Shown piece after piece: positions 1 to 9,584 of a stretch of 64,000 bases of DNA. Source of the DNA: Candidatus Fervidifonticultor secundus. Lineage in GTDB: Bacteria > Sysuimicrobiota > Sysuimicrobiia > Sysuimicrobiales > Humicultoraceae. The DNA is taken from contig JAVKIP010000006.1 of assembly GCA_031459385.1 (NCBI GenBank), forward strand, positions 32,001 through 96,000, read 5' to 3'. Positions within the stretch are counted from its first letter, which is position 1. Every line of letters starts with the position of its first letter. The notes under the pieces were generated by a model. It was not told the origin of the DNA and searched no databases. It saw only the letters and a list, made by a program, of their open reading frames with translations. Position numbers and translations under genes: made by a program.

Positions 1-741
1 CAGCTGCCCGCGCAGGCCGTACCGGTCCACCACCGCCAGGGCGTCGGCGAACGTGGTCGGATCGGGGACCGTCGGCCCCGACGCGATGGCGTCGGGGGGG
101 TTCCCCAGGACGTCCGAGAGCGCCAGCGTGACCAGGTGGGCCGGCGCGGCGGCGCGCGCCAGCCACCCGCCCTTGATGCGCGACAGGTGCTTGCGCACGC
201 TGTTCACCTCGGTGATGGCAGCGCCGCTGCGCAGCAACAGGTCGGTGGTGGCGATCTTGTCCTCCAGGGAGACGCCCGCCGCCGGCAGCGGCAACAGCGC
301 GGAGCCGCCGCCCGAGAGCACCACGAGCAGCAGGTCGCCGAAGCCGGCCTGCTGCGCGATCTCCAGCACACGTCGGGCGCCGGCCTCGCCCGCGGCGTCG
401 GGCAGCGGGTGGCCGGCTTCCACCACCTCGACGCGCTCCAGCGCCATCCCGTGCCCGTACTTCGTCACCACGAGCCCGCCGGTCAGCCGCGGTCCCACCA
501 CGTCCGCCAGCGCCTGCGCCATGGGCGCTGCGCCCTTGCCGGCGCCGACCACCCACACCCGCTCGACCGTCCGGAGGTCGCAGGCCCATCCGGCCACGTG
601 GAGCACCTCGTCCTCCACGCGCACCGCGCACGCCACCGCGGCGGCAGGGTCCGCGGCGGCCACGCCCGCCTCGAGGATCTGCGCCGCGTGGCGGCGCAGT
701 GTCGCGGTCTCGCCGTGGAAGAGCGCCGCGCCGACCTTCAT
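1..741 (-). CDS. Glycerate kinase type 2 (DUF4147/MOFRL family); 3' end lies outside the window
   Basis: Manual translation from ATG 741: MKVGAALFHGETATLRRHAAQILEAGVAAADP...VVGAGKGAAPMA...EAGHPLPD...SGGGSAL...SLALSDV; ATGA overlap with the upstream gene's stop. Confidence 0.9.
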   Translation of the reverse strand, partial: MKVGAALFHGETATLRRHAAQILEAGVAAADPAAAVACAVRVEDEVLHVAGWACDLRTVERVWVVGAGKGAAPMAQALADVVGPRLTGGLVVTKYGHGMALERVEVVEAGHPLPDAAGEAGARRVLEIAQQAGFGDLLLVVLSGGGSALLPLPAAGVSLEDKIATTDLLLRSGAAITEVNSVRKHLSRIKGGWLARAAAPAHLVTLALSDVLGNPPDAIASGPTVPDPTTFADALAVVDRYGLRGQL

Positions 742-1532
742 CCCGCGGGCGCGCCGGCAGGCAGCGCCGGCCACCACGGGCCGGCCGCGTTGGGCCGCAC
801 CGCCTCGACCCGCACGGCCACCAGCCCGTCGGCTGCCAGCGCCGCGCGCACGGTATCGCGCGCCAGCGGCGCCAGGTTGTTCACCTCGCTCAGGTGGACC
901 AGGTGCACCGTCTGCAGCCGTCCGGTGGCGGCCGCCACGGCCGCGCGGGCCGCGGCCGCGTTGGAGAGGTGGCCGCGGGGGCTGGCGATGCGGTTCTTGA
1001 GGAACCACGGGTACGGCGAGACCGCCAGCAGCTCCACGTCGTAGTTCGCCTCGATGACCAGCAGGTCGGCGCCACGGGCGTGGTCGACCAGTTCGTCGGT
1101 GACCTCGCCCAGATCGCACGCCACAACCGCGCGTGCGCCGTCCCTGACCAGCACGAACCCCACGGGCTCGGCCGCATCATGGGGGACCGGGAACGGCGTG
1201 ACCTCGATGCCGCCGACCGCGAACGGGCGATGCGCCCGGAAGACCTCGAGGGGCGCACCGGCCAGGCTCTCCCCACAGGCCCGCAACGTCGCCTCGTTGA
1301 GCAGCACGGGGGCACCGGTGGCGCGGGCGAGGGATGCGGCACCCTTCACGTGATCGTCGTGCTCGTGGGTCAGGAGGATCGCCGCCAGCGGGATCGGCCC
1401 CGCGGCGTCCACCTCCCGCAGGAGCAGTTCCGCCGGGAGCCCGGCGTCGACGAGCACGCGCGCGCCGGCCGCCTCGACCAGCACCGCATTGCCCGCGCTG
1501 CCGCTACGCAGCACCCGCACGCGCAGGGGCAT
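738..1532 (-). CDS. MBL-fold metallo-hydrolase (YycJ/WalJ-like)
   Basis: SGSAGN, THEHDDH, PHDA, EANYD, GHLSN and HLSEVNN motifs. Confidence 0.88.
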   Translation of the reverse strand: MPLRVRVLRSGSAGNAVLVEAAGARVLVDAGLPAELLLREVDAAGPIPLAAILLTHEHDDHVKGAASLARATGAPVLLNEATLRACGESLAGAPLEVFRAHRPFAVGGIEVTPFPVPHDAAEPVGFVLVRDGARAVVACDLGEVTDELVDHARGADLLVIEANYDVELLAVSPYPWFLKNRIASPRGHLSNAAAARAAVAAATGRLQTVHLVHLSEVNNLAPLARDTVRAALAADGLVAVRVEAVRPNAAGPWWPALPAGAPAG

Positions 1533-1680
1533 GGCGGACGATGAGGAGGACATCGACCCCGGCACCTCGGAGGGCTTCGGTGACGCGCCACGCGCTCCTG
1601 CCTGCGCCGGGCCCCAAAGACGCGGCCACAGGCAGCGCAGGCCGGGGCCGCGCGCGCAGACCGCAGGCGGCGCGGCCTCC

Positions 1681-2058
1681 CTACCCGAACCCCAGCTCCT
1701 CGAGCCGGTCCTCGTCGAGTCCGAAGTAGTGCGCCAGTTCGTGCACCACCGTCTTCCGGATCTCCTCGCGCATCTCGTCCTCGCTGGCGCACGCTTCCTC
1801 CAGCGGGCCCTGGAAGATGGTGATGATGTCCGGCAGGCGATAGGGCTCCAGCGGGCTGCGCTCGGGCAGCGGCGTGCCCTGGTAGAGCCCGAACAGCAGC
1901 TCGTCGGACTCCAGGCCGACCGCTGCGAGCTGCTCGTCGGTAGGCCAGGCCTCGATGGCCACCTCGATGTTGTCCAGCGCCCGCTGGAACTCCGGCGGGA
2001 TCCGGCGCAGCGCCTCGGCCACCAGTTGCTCGAACCGCCTGCGCGTCGTACGGACCAT
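1681..2058 (-). CDS. Minimal zincin-like metallopeptidase (Zincin_1/DUF1025)
   Basis: LFGLYQG, PDIITIFQGP, VVHELAHYFG (HExxH). Confidence 0.88.
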   Translation of the reverse strand: MVRTTRRRFEQLVAEALRRIPPEFQRALDNIEVAIEAWPTDEQLAAVGLESDELLFGLYQGTPLPERSPLEPYRLPDIITIFQGPLEEACASEDEMREEIRKTVVHELAHYFGLDEDRLEELGFG

Positions 2059-2065
2059 CAAGGTG

Positions 2066-2074
2066 AGGATAGCA
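2066..2074 (-). promoter_or_regulatory. Extended -10 (TGCTATCCT), probable leaderless promoter of the zincin gene
   Basis: TGn-TAnnnT ends 7 nt before ATG 2058; no Shine-Dalgarno. Confidence 0.45.
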
Positions 2075-2094
2075 CGGCACGGCGCGCCGCAGCC

Positions 2095-3627
2095 CTACGG
2101 TTCCAGCCAGTCCCGCGCGCGCTCCACCGCGCGCCGCCACCCGCGCAGCGCGGTCTCGCGCCGGCCGGCGTCCCAGGCCGGCTCGAACGTGCGGTCGGCG
2201 CGCCACAGCCGCCGCAGGGCATCGAGCGACCCGAAGGCGCCGGCGCCGAGTCCGGCGGCGTAGGCCGCGCCCAGCGACGTCGTCTCGCGCACCGCCGGCC
2301 GCACCACCGGCACGCCGAGGATGTCGGCCTGCAGCTGCATGAGGAAGTCGTTGGCCGCGGCGCCGCCGTCGACCTTGAGCACGGTGACGGGCTGCGCGCT
2401 GTCGGCCACCATGGCATCGAGCACCTCGCGGCTCTGGAAGCAGATCGCCTCCAGCGTCGCCCGCACCAGGTGGGCCTTCGTGACGTAGCGCGTGAGACCC
2501 ACGATCGCCCCGCGGGCACGCATGTCCCAGTAGGGCGCGAACAGCCCCGAGAACGCCGGCACGAAGTAGACACCGCCGGCGTCGGGCACCGACCGGGCCA
2601 GGCCCTCGGTCTCGGCTGCCGAGGCGATCAGGCCCAGGTTGTCGCGCAGCCACTGCACCGCGGCGCCGGTCACGGCGATCGACCCCTCCAGGGCGTACGC
2701 GCGCAGCGGCTCGCCACCGGCCCGGGCCACCACGTACGCGGCGGTGCCGAGCAGGCCGCGGGTGCTCCAGGCCGGCCGGGCCCCGACGTGCTGCAGCAGG
2801 AAGGAGCCGGTTCCATAGGTGTTCTTGGCCTCGCCCGGCGCAAAGCACGCCTGGCCCACCAGGGCGGCCTGCTGGTCGCCCAGGATCCCGCACACCGGCA
2901 CGCGCGCGCGAAAGGGGCCAGCGGGCGAGGTGACGCCGTACGGCTCCGCAGGCGCCGACGGCCGGATCGCCGGCAGCGCGCCGGGCGGCACGCCGAAGCG
3001 GTCGAGCAGCACAGGGTCCCAGGACAGCGTCTCCAGGTTGCACAGCAGCGTGCGCGACGCGTTGGTCGGGTCGGTCACGTGCGCGCCGCCCGCGGGGCCG
3101 CCCGTGAGGTGCCAGGTGAGCCAGGTGTCGATCGTGCCCAGGCGCAGGTGCCCGGCGGAGGCCAGCGCGCGGACCTCGGGCACGCGCTCGAGGAGCCAGC
3201 GGATCCTCGTGGCCGAGAAGTACGTGCTGATCGGCAGGCCGGTGCGCCGGCGAACGTCGTCCTCCCAGCCGGCGTCGATGAGCGCCCGGCAGTCGGGCGC
3301 GGTGCGCACGTCCTGCCAGACGATGGCGTTGTACAGCGGCCGCCCGGTGCGCCCGTCCCAGGCCACGGTGGTCTCGCGCTGGTTCGTGATGCCCACCGCC
3401 AGCAGGTGGCCGGGGGGCGCCGCTGCCAGCGCCTCGGCGACGACGGTCTGCGTCCGGTCCCAGATCTGCGCCGGGTCGTGCTCGACCCAGCCCGGCTGCG
3501 GGAAGAGCTGGTCGTGCTCGCGGTAGGCGGAGGCCACCGCGCGCCCCGTGAGGTCGAAGAGCATGCACCGCGTGCCGGTGGTGCCCTGATCGATGGCGGC
3601 CAGGTACTCGCTGCTCGCTCCAGCCAT
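2095..3627 (-). CDS. glpK: Glycerol kinase
   Basis: IDQGTTGTR, GITNQRETT, YNAIVWQD, GDQQAAL, KNTYGTG, FSGLFAPYW. Confidence 0.96.
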   Translation of the reverse strand: MAGASSEYLAAIDQGTTGTRCMLFDLTGRAVASAYREHDQLFPQPGWVEHDPAQIWDRTQTVVAEALAAAPPGHLLAVGITNQRETTVAWDGRTGRPLYNAIVWQDVRTAPDCRALIDAGWEDDVRRRTGLPISTYFSATRIRWLLERVPEVRALASAGHLRLGTIDTWLTWHLTGGPAGGAHVTDPTNASRTLLCNLETLSWDPVLLDRFGVPPGALPAIRPSAPAEPYGVTSPAGPFRARVPVCGILGDQQAALVGQACFAPGEAKNTYGTGSFLLQHVGARPAWSTRGLLGTAAYVVARAGGEPLRAYALEGSIAVTGAAVQWLRDNLGLIASAAETEGLARSVPDAGGVYFVPAFSGLFAPYWDMRARGAIVGLTRYVTKAHLVRATLEAICFQSREVLDAMVADSAQPVTVLKVDGGAAANDFLMQLQADILGVPVVRPAVRETTSLGAAYAAGLGAGAFGSLDALRRLWRADRTFEPAWDAGRRETALRGWRRAVERARDWLEP

Positions 3628-3729
3628 CCTGCGCTAGGCCCTCCCGCGCCCGGTCGCCCCTCTTGCGGGCCGGCGCGCTCTTGTGGCAATCAAAATAGCA
3701 GGGGAGATTCGCGTGATGGAGGTATGGCC

Positions 3730-3903
3730 ATGCCCGTGCGTCTTCAAGTGCGCGACGCCGCAGCCGAGGCGCGCCGCGAGGTCTCGCGGATCGCCAAGGA
3801 GCTGGAGTCTCTCTCCAAGTACCCGTCCAGCGAGGACCTGGCCAAGCATCTCAAGGCGCTGACGAAGGCCCTGGACCGGTTCTTCGCGGAAGTGGCCGGC
3901 TAG
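3730..3903 (+). CDS. Small helical hypothetical protein (57 aa)
   Basis: GGAGGT 6 nt before ATG 3730; MPVRLQVRDAAAEARREVSRIAKELESLSKYPSSEDLAKHLKALTKALDRFFAEVAG; fills the gap between glpK and solA. Confidence 0.7.
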   Translation: MPVRLQVRDAAAEARREVSRIAKELESLSKYPSSEDLAKHLKALTKALDRFFAEVAG

Positions 3904-3935
3904 CCCCTGCGGCATGCCCGCGGCGCCCGGCCGCA

Positions 3936-5063
3936 TCAGCCCTGGAACCGGGTCGCGCGGAACAGGCGCAGGTCGAAGGCGCTGCCGCCCTCGAGGGCGA
4001 GGTCGGCCATGATCTCGCCGACCACGCTGCAGAACTTGTAGCCATGGCCCGAGAACCCCGCGGCCACGCACACCCGCGGGGCGCCCGGCAGCGTGTCGAG
4101 GATGAAGTGCTCGTCGGGCGAGTTGGTGAACAGGCACGTCTTCAGCGCCATGGTCGGGCCGTCGGCGTCCGGGAAGTAGCGCCGCAGCCCCTCCCGCACC
4201 ACGGCCTCGTCGGCGGCGGTGACGTCGCGCCCGACGGTGTCGGGATCGACCTGCTCGTGCCGGTGATGGTACCGACCGATCTTGAACCCGGGCACGCCGA
4301 AGACCGGGAAGCCGTAGAAGCGGCCTTCCGGCGCCTCGAGGTTGAAGACGGGAAACGCGCCCAGGCGGAACAGCGCCGGCCGGCGCGGCTGCGCCCACAG
4401 CAGCACCTGGCGCTCGGGCACCGCCACCGGCGCCAGCACCGGCACCAGCCGGCCCACCCACGGGCCCGCCGTGATCACCAGGCGGCCGGCGCGGTAGACG
4501 GCGCGCTCGGTGCGCACCTCGACCTGCAGGCCGTCGGTCTCCCACCCGAGCACACGCTCGCGGGCGTGCACCTCAGCGCCGGCGGCTTGCGCCAGCAGCA
4601 CGTGCGCCACGATCGCCCGCTCTGACAGCACGAACCCGCCGTCGGGCTGATAGACGGCGACCATCTCCGGCGCCAGGCGGTAGCCGGGATACCGGCGGGT
4701 CAGCGCGGCGGCGTCAAGCACCTCGTGCGGGAGGTGGTGCAGCGCACAGGAGCGCAGCGAGCCCTCGATCGTGACGCTGCCCGGCAGCCCGGCGTCGATC
4801 CCTCCGGTGATGTAGAGCAGCGGCTCGCCGAACCGGTGCTGCAGCTCGTGCCATAGGGCGTACGCACGGCGGAGCAGCGGGACGTAGGCCGGGTCCTCGA
4901 AGTAGGCCAGGCGGATGATCCGGTTGACCCCGTGGGAGGAGCCGCGGTCGTGGGGAATGTCGAACTGCTCGAGCCCCAGCACGCGGGCCCCGCGTGCCGC
5001 CAGGTGGTAGACCGCCGCGCTGCCCATCCCGCCGACGCCGATCACGATCACATCGTAGGTCAC
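3936..5063 (-). CDS. solA: N-methyl-L-tryptophan oxidase / monomeric sarcosine oxidase family
   Basis: GVGGMG FAD motif, GSSHG..RIIR, flavin-attachment Cys in KTCLFT, GFSGHGYKF. Confidence 0.88.
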   Translation of the reverse strand: MTYDVIVIGVGGMGSAAVYHLAARGARVLGLEQFDIPHDRGSSHGVNRIIRLAYFEDPAYVPLLRRAYALWHELQHRFGEPLLYITGGIDAGLPGSVTIEGSLRSCALHHLPHEVLDAAALTRRYPGYRLAPEMVAVYQPDGGFVLSERAIVAHVLLAQAAGAEVHARERVLGWETDGLQVEVRTERAVYRAGRLVITAGPWVGRLVPVLAPVAVPERQVLLWAQPRRPALFRLGAFPVFNLEAPEGRFYGFPVFGVPGFKIGRYHHRHEQVDPDTVGRDVTAADEAVVREGLRRYFPDADGPTMALKTCLFTNSPDEHFILDTLPGAPRVCVAAGFSGHGYKFCSVVGEIMADLALEGGSAFDLRLFRATRFQG

Positions 5064-5091
5064 GGCTCCGCCCGCCCGTGCGCGCGCCGGC

Positions 5092-6225
5092 TTACATCAG
5101 CGCCTGGCGCAGACGATGGCCCACCACCTCGACGTCACCATCGTCCAGGGTGTGCGCCGCCAGCACCAGTTCTTCTCCCTCGACGCGCACGCGGATGCTC
5201 GGGTCGCCCGCACGCAGGGCCTGCTCCACCCCGGCGGCGGTGGTCCCCGCGCGCGCCCCGTCGAGGCGCACGACGAGCCGCTTCCAGGGCGAGGGCTGCT
5301 CCCAGACGACCTCCGCGCTCACCCCCGGGACGCCCTCGATCGCGGCCGCGATAGCCCGCAGGCGCCGCTCCTGGTCGGCAAGACGCGCCTGGTGGTCCAG
5401 GGCGAACCACTCCTCCAGCGCGACGACCGTGGCGATCACCTCGTGCCGGTCGACCTTGTAGCCGCGCCCGATGGCGTGGTTGTCCGCGCTCTCGTACGCG
5501 ATGAAGTTGTTGAGGACGACGGCCTCGACCGCCGCGCGCGTGCCGCACACCACGCCGGTCGAGTTGGTCGAGCCGAAGTACTTGGCGCCGAAGCACACCA
5601 GGTCGGCGCCGCTGCGCCCCGCCAGCCAGGTCATGCGTTCCAGCGGGTACACCTCCGCCGCCGCGTCGACCAGCACCGCGACCCCGCTGCGGCGCGCTAT
5701 CGCCACCACGTCGGCGAGCGGCAGCACGCCGGGCGTGCCCTCGGCCTTGGCCAGGTACAGGATGCCCGCCGTGCGCGGGCCGATGGCGGCCTCGAGCTGC
5801 GCGGCGGTCGCCCCACGCGCGTCACCCACGGGCACGAGCCGGCCGCCCACCACTGTCGGCGCCCGGTCGTAGTGATAGCGCGTGGCGGCCTGAATCAGGA
5901 ACTCGTGGCGCAGGCCGTCGGTGACGGGCAGGCGGGCGATGCGCGCGGGATCGGTGCCGGTCATGATGGCCGCGGCCCCCAGCGCCAGCCCGGCGAAGCA
6001 CCCCGAGGTCACCACGGCCGCCTCGGCGCCCAGCCGGGCGGCGAGGGCGCGGCCGGAGCGGTCCAGCAGCTCCGCCATGTCCACGAACGCGTCGTTGGCC
6101 GCAGCCATGGCGCCCAGCACTCGCGGCGACAGGCGCGATCCGCCCAGCAGGGTCATGTTGCCGCAGGCGTTGATAGTGCGGCGGACTCCCAGCATCTCGT
6201 ACACGTCTGTCGTCGCGCGGTCCAT
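5092..6225 (-). CDS. SelA-like PLP-dependent enzyme (DgaE/SelA-related)
   Basis: INACGNMTLLGGS, VDAAAE, FGAKYFG (PLP lysine), IGRGYKV; GGAGG RBS before ATG 6225. Confidence 0.8.
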   Translation of the reverse strand: MDRATTDVYEMLGVRRTINACGNMTLLGGSRLSPRVLGAMAAANDAFVDMAELLDRSGRALAARLGAEAAVVTSGCFAGLALGAAAIMTGTDPARIARLPVTDGLRHEFLIQAATRYHYDRAPTVVGGRLVPVGDARGATAAQLEAAIGPRTAGILYLAKAEGTPGVLPLADVVAIARRSGVAVLVDAAAEVYPLERMTWLAGRSGADLVCFGAKYFGSTNSTGVVCGTRAAVEAVVLNNFIAYESADNHAIGRGYKVDRHEVIATVVALEEWFALDHQARLADQERRLRAIAAAIEGVPGVSAEVVWEQPSPWKRLVVRLDGARAGTTAAGVEQALRAGDPSIRVRVEGEELVLAAHTLDDGDVEVVGHRLRQALM

Positions 6226-6450
6226 GCTCGCCTCCATGCGTCCAGGCGTCCGGTGGGATCGGGCCAGATGCGGCCACCGCAGGCTGTAATTACACCGTCG
6301 CCCCGCGGTACCTGCCGGGGCGAATGCGCCCGTGAGCCGTGGGCACAGCCGGCGACCACGGCAGAAGACCACCCGGACGGCGGGCAGACGTGCGCCAGAT
6401 GCGCTGCCGCAATCGGAACGTGCGAACTGGGTGCGGTCGGCCGCCCGGGA

Positions 6451-8382
6451 CTACGCCGGTGCCGTTACCTGCGCCAGCGCCCGCGTGATAGACGCCCAGC
6501 GCGCGGCCACCTCGGCCATGTACGCGGCCTCGGCCTGGCGGCCCTGGCGGTGCAGGCGCACCGCCTCCTCCGCGTACTGCCGCACACGGGCGGGCGCCTG
6601 GTCTCCTCCCGCCGCCTGGAGCCGCCGCGCGTCGCACCGCACGGCGTCGGCGCGGACCGGGTTCCCCGCCGCCTCGCACGCCGTGGCGAGCACCTCCAGC
6701 AGTTCCAGCCGATCTTCCACGGGCACGCCCGGCGCGTCGAGGAGTGCCTCCAGGCGCTCGACCGCCTCGGCCGCCAGGCCCAGCGCCAGCTGCGCTTCCG
6801 CTGTCAGGCGCTCGACCTGACGGCACGCGGCCACGTCCCCGGCGCTGGCAAAGATGCGGCCGTAGCGCTCCAGCCGGCCCAGCACGCCGCCGACCTCGCC
6901 GGCGCGCAGGTCCAGCCGCGCCAGGGACATCTCCGCCTGCGCCTCGCCGACCAGGTCGCCGCTGGCGCCGGCGAGCCTGGCGGCCTGCACGAACGCCGCC
7001 CGCGCCTCCCGCAGCGCGCCCATCGCCTCGTACGCGCGGCCCATGTGGCGCCAGTACCGGGCCGCGGTCTGGCCGGCCGACGCCGGCGCCGCGCCCATGG
7101 CCGCGGCCAGCGCACGCATCGTCCGCTCCGGCACGCCGGCGTTGCGCTCCGCCCGCTTGATCGTCGTCACCTCGAAGCCGGCCCGCTCGGCGAGCTGCTC
7201 CTGCGTCCAGCCCAGCGCCATGCGCAGCGCACGGATCTCCTGGCCGGTCGGTGCGGGTGCCGGGACCTCAGGGCCGCTGCGGTCCCCCCGGCCGCCCACG
7301 CGCCCGGCAGCCCGGACGGCGGCATCGAGCAGCGGCACACTCGCGCCGCGCGTCGTTCCGGCCGAGGTCCCCATCGCCTGCGTCGCCTCGGCCCGGCCGT
7401 CCCGCCCGTCGGTCGCGCACGCCCGGCCCAGATCGCACTGCGCGTCCACCTCGGCCGCCAGGGCCCGCGCCACGCGCCGCTCGCGCGGTGAGGGCTGCTG
7501 CCGGATGGCCTGGCGGAGCCGGAGGAGCACGGGGACGATGTCGGCCAGCACCGGCGGCCTCCCGAGGCTGCAGGCGAGGTCGAACGCCAGCGCCGCAGCC
7601 TGCACCCCGCCGGCAGGATCGTGCTGCCCCAGGGCTTCCGCCGCGACCGCCAGCGCCGAGGCGTGGGTCGCAACGTCCAGGCGCGGGCCGGCCTCGTTCA
7701 GCAGCGCACGCACGCTCTGGACACTGCCCGTGAGATCCCCGCGGCAGAGCCGCAGACGCGCGAGCTCGACGCGCACGCTGGCGGCGCAGGCGGGGCGCTG
7801 CCGGCACTCGCGTTCGGCGCGGTTCAGCGCGACCTCGGCACGGTGAATCTCGCCCAGTTCCATCAGGGCCCGGCCGCCGCCGCACAGCGCTTCGGTTGCC
7901 CGCGCCAGCCGGCCCGCCTTCAGCGACAGCCGCCGCGCGCGGTGGAAGGCGCGCAGGGCCTCGCGCGGCCGGCCGCGCGCGCGGAGGACGGATCCGAGCA
8001 CGATGCAGGCGTCCGCGCCCGTGGCGGCATCGCCGCTGGTCGCGGCCAGCCGCACCGCCCGCCCGGCCGCCGCTGCAGCCATGCGCAACCGGCTGCACGC
8101 GTAGCACGCCCGCGCCAGCCCCGCATACAGGCGGGCGAGCACCGCGGGCGGCGCGTCGGCCTGCCGGGCCAGGCGCAGCGCCTGGCGGTAGCTCTCTGCG
8201 GCGCGCTCGTGGGCGCCCGCGCGGGCCGCCAGGCGCCCGGCGTCCTCGAACAGCTCTGCCGCCTGCGCCGGCGCCTTGGGGGCTGCGATGGCCGCGGCAC
8301 GCGCAAGCAAGGCCTGGGCCTGTCCGGCCCTGCCTGCCTGCCGGTAGCCGTCCGCCTGCCGCAGCAGTTCCTCAAAAGTCAC
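6451..8382 (-). CDS. TPR-repeat protein with internal XRE/Cro helix-turn-helix
   Basis: Ala-rich TPR-like helices on both sides of IRALRMALGWTQEQLAERAGFEVTTIKRAER; start uncertain (GTG 8382 or up to 8454). Confidence 0.7.
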   Translation of the reverse strand: MTFEELLRQADGYRQAGRAGQAQALLARAAAIAAPKAPAQAAELFEDAGRLAARAGAHERAAESYRQALRLARQADAPPAVLARLYAGLARACYACSRLRMAAAAAGRAVRLAATSGDAATGADACIVLGSVLRARGRPREALRAFHRARRLSLKAGRLARATEALCGGGRALMELGEIHRAEVALNRAERECRQRPACAASVRVELARLRLCRGDLTGSVQSVRALLNEAGPRLDVATHASALAVAAEALGQHDPAGGVQAAALAFDLACSLGRPPVLADIVPVLLRLRQAIRQQPSPRERRVARALAAEVDAQCDLGRACATDGRDGRAEATQAMGTSAGTTRGASVPLLDAAVRAAGRVGGRGDRSGPEVPAPAPTGQEIRALRMALGWTQEQLAERAGFEVTTIKRAERNAGVPERTMRALAAAMGAAPASAGQTAARYWRHMGRAYEAMGALREARAAFVQAARLAGASGDLVGEAQAEMSLARLDLRAGEVGGVLGRLERYGRIFASAGDVAACRQVERLTAEAQLALGLAAEAVERLEALLDAPGVPVEDRLELLEVLATACEAAGNPVRADAVRCDARRLQAAGGDQAPARVRQYAEEAVRLHRQGRQAEAAYMAEVAARWASITRALAQVTAPA

Positions 8383-8691
8383 CGCGAGCTTCCCTGCACC
8401 CTCCCGCCGGTTTTGGGTCCCGGTGCCCTCGAACAAGTCGCGCCGACGGTGCAAATTGCTCTGGTCCTGCCCGGGTTGTTCCCGTACAACAGAGTCGCTA
8501 GACGTGAAGTTTTCCGTCCCGGGACCCGGGACGGGGCCAGGTGGTGCACCGCACGCGGCGCAGGGGGAACTGCGCGCGGCGGGCGACGGAACGGCCGGTT
8601 GCCACCAGCAACGCCGGAGCCCTCAGCCGGTCTCATCCGTCGCCCGCCGCCGCGGGCGCAGCACGCGGCGGCACGCGCAGGAGCGGATGCG

Positions 8692-9441
8692 ATGACGCAG
8701 GACACTGTGATGGCGACACGGGTGGCCGAGTGGATCGAGCGCGACGAGCGGCTGGAGGACCTCGAGCGGGCGTACATCGGCACGCTGCTGGCGCTGAGCG
8801 ACGCCGCAGACGCCCGGACCGAGTACCGCCCCGGGCACGCCCGGCGCAGCGGCGAGCTGGCCGCGCACGTTGCCCGCGCTCTGGGCCTGCCGGAGGACCA
8901 GATCGAAGCCGTTCGCTACGGCGCCATCCTCCACGACGTTGGCCAGATCAGCGTGCCCGAGGAGATCCTGCGCAGCCCCTGCCCGCCCACGGTGGAGGAG
9001 TGGCGCCTGATCCGGGGCCACCCCGCAGCCGGCGCGCAGATGGTGGCGGCGGTCCCGCGCCTGGCCCACATCGCCGAGATCGTGCGCGCCCACCACGAGC
9101 GCTGGGACGGCCGAGGGTACCCGCTGGGGCTGCGCGGCGAGCAGATTCCCGTGGGCGCGCGCATCGTGGCCGTGGTGGACGCGTACCTGGCGATGATCGA
9201 AGACCGCCCGTACCAGTTCGCGCGCACCCCCAGGGAGGCGATGGCGGAGGTGGAGCGACGCGCCGGCACGCAGTTCGATCCTCACGTCGTGGACGCGTTC
9301 GCCGTGGTCATGGCCCGGTGCGACGTGCCGGCGGACGATGGACCGGACGCCGACGACCGCACCTGGCAGCCGCTGCGTGATAGCCTGAGGCGCCTGGTCC
9401 GGGCCACGCGCGCACGCCAGGGCGCCGCCCACGCCGACTGA
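8692..9441 (+). CDS. HD-GYP domain protein (cyclic dinucleotide phosphodiesterase family)
   Basis: GH..R, LHDVG, HHERWDGRGYP, RIVAVVDAY, DRPY, GTQFDP; AGGAG RBS. Confidence 0.9.
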   Translation: MTQDTVMATRVAEWIERDERLEDLERAYIGTLLALSDAADARTEYRPGHARRSGELAAHVARALGLPEDQIEAVRYGAILHDVGQISVPEEILRSPCPPTVEEWRLIRGHPAAGAQMVAAVPRLAHIAEIVRAHHERWDGRGYPLGLRGEQIPVGARIVAVVDAYLAMIEDRPYQFARTPREAMAEVERRAGTQFDPHVVDAFAVVMARCDVPADDGPDADDRTWQPLRDSLRRLVRATRARQGAAHAD

Positions 9442-9584
9442 CCGCGCCGCGGCGCTACGCCGCGCGGGCTGATCGCCGCCGGCGCCGGCCCCACGCCGGA
9501 ACCGGACCACGCCGCGCGCACGGGGGATCGCCACCACCCCTGCCCCAGGGGACTCTCGCGGTGCGGGGTCGAACCACAAAATTC

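Noticed and set aside
1489..3720. Long antisense or alternate-frame ORFs (e.g. 1489-3903, 5116-7491, 33045-35768, 11301-13532, 48794-50671)
   Set aside because: Arg/Pro/Gly-rich shadows of real genes, caused by stop-codon scarcity in high-GC DNA.
6230..6450. Riboswitch in long leaders (also 8400-8690, 39280-39600, 40660-40900)
   Set aside because: I could not recognise a conserved aptamer motif by eye; an Rfam/Infernal scan would be needed.
9560..9577. GGGGTCGAACC resembling a reversed tRNA T-loop
   Set aside because: No acceptor stem or cloverleaf, and no match to the tRNA-Gly.
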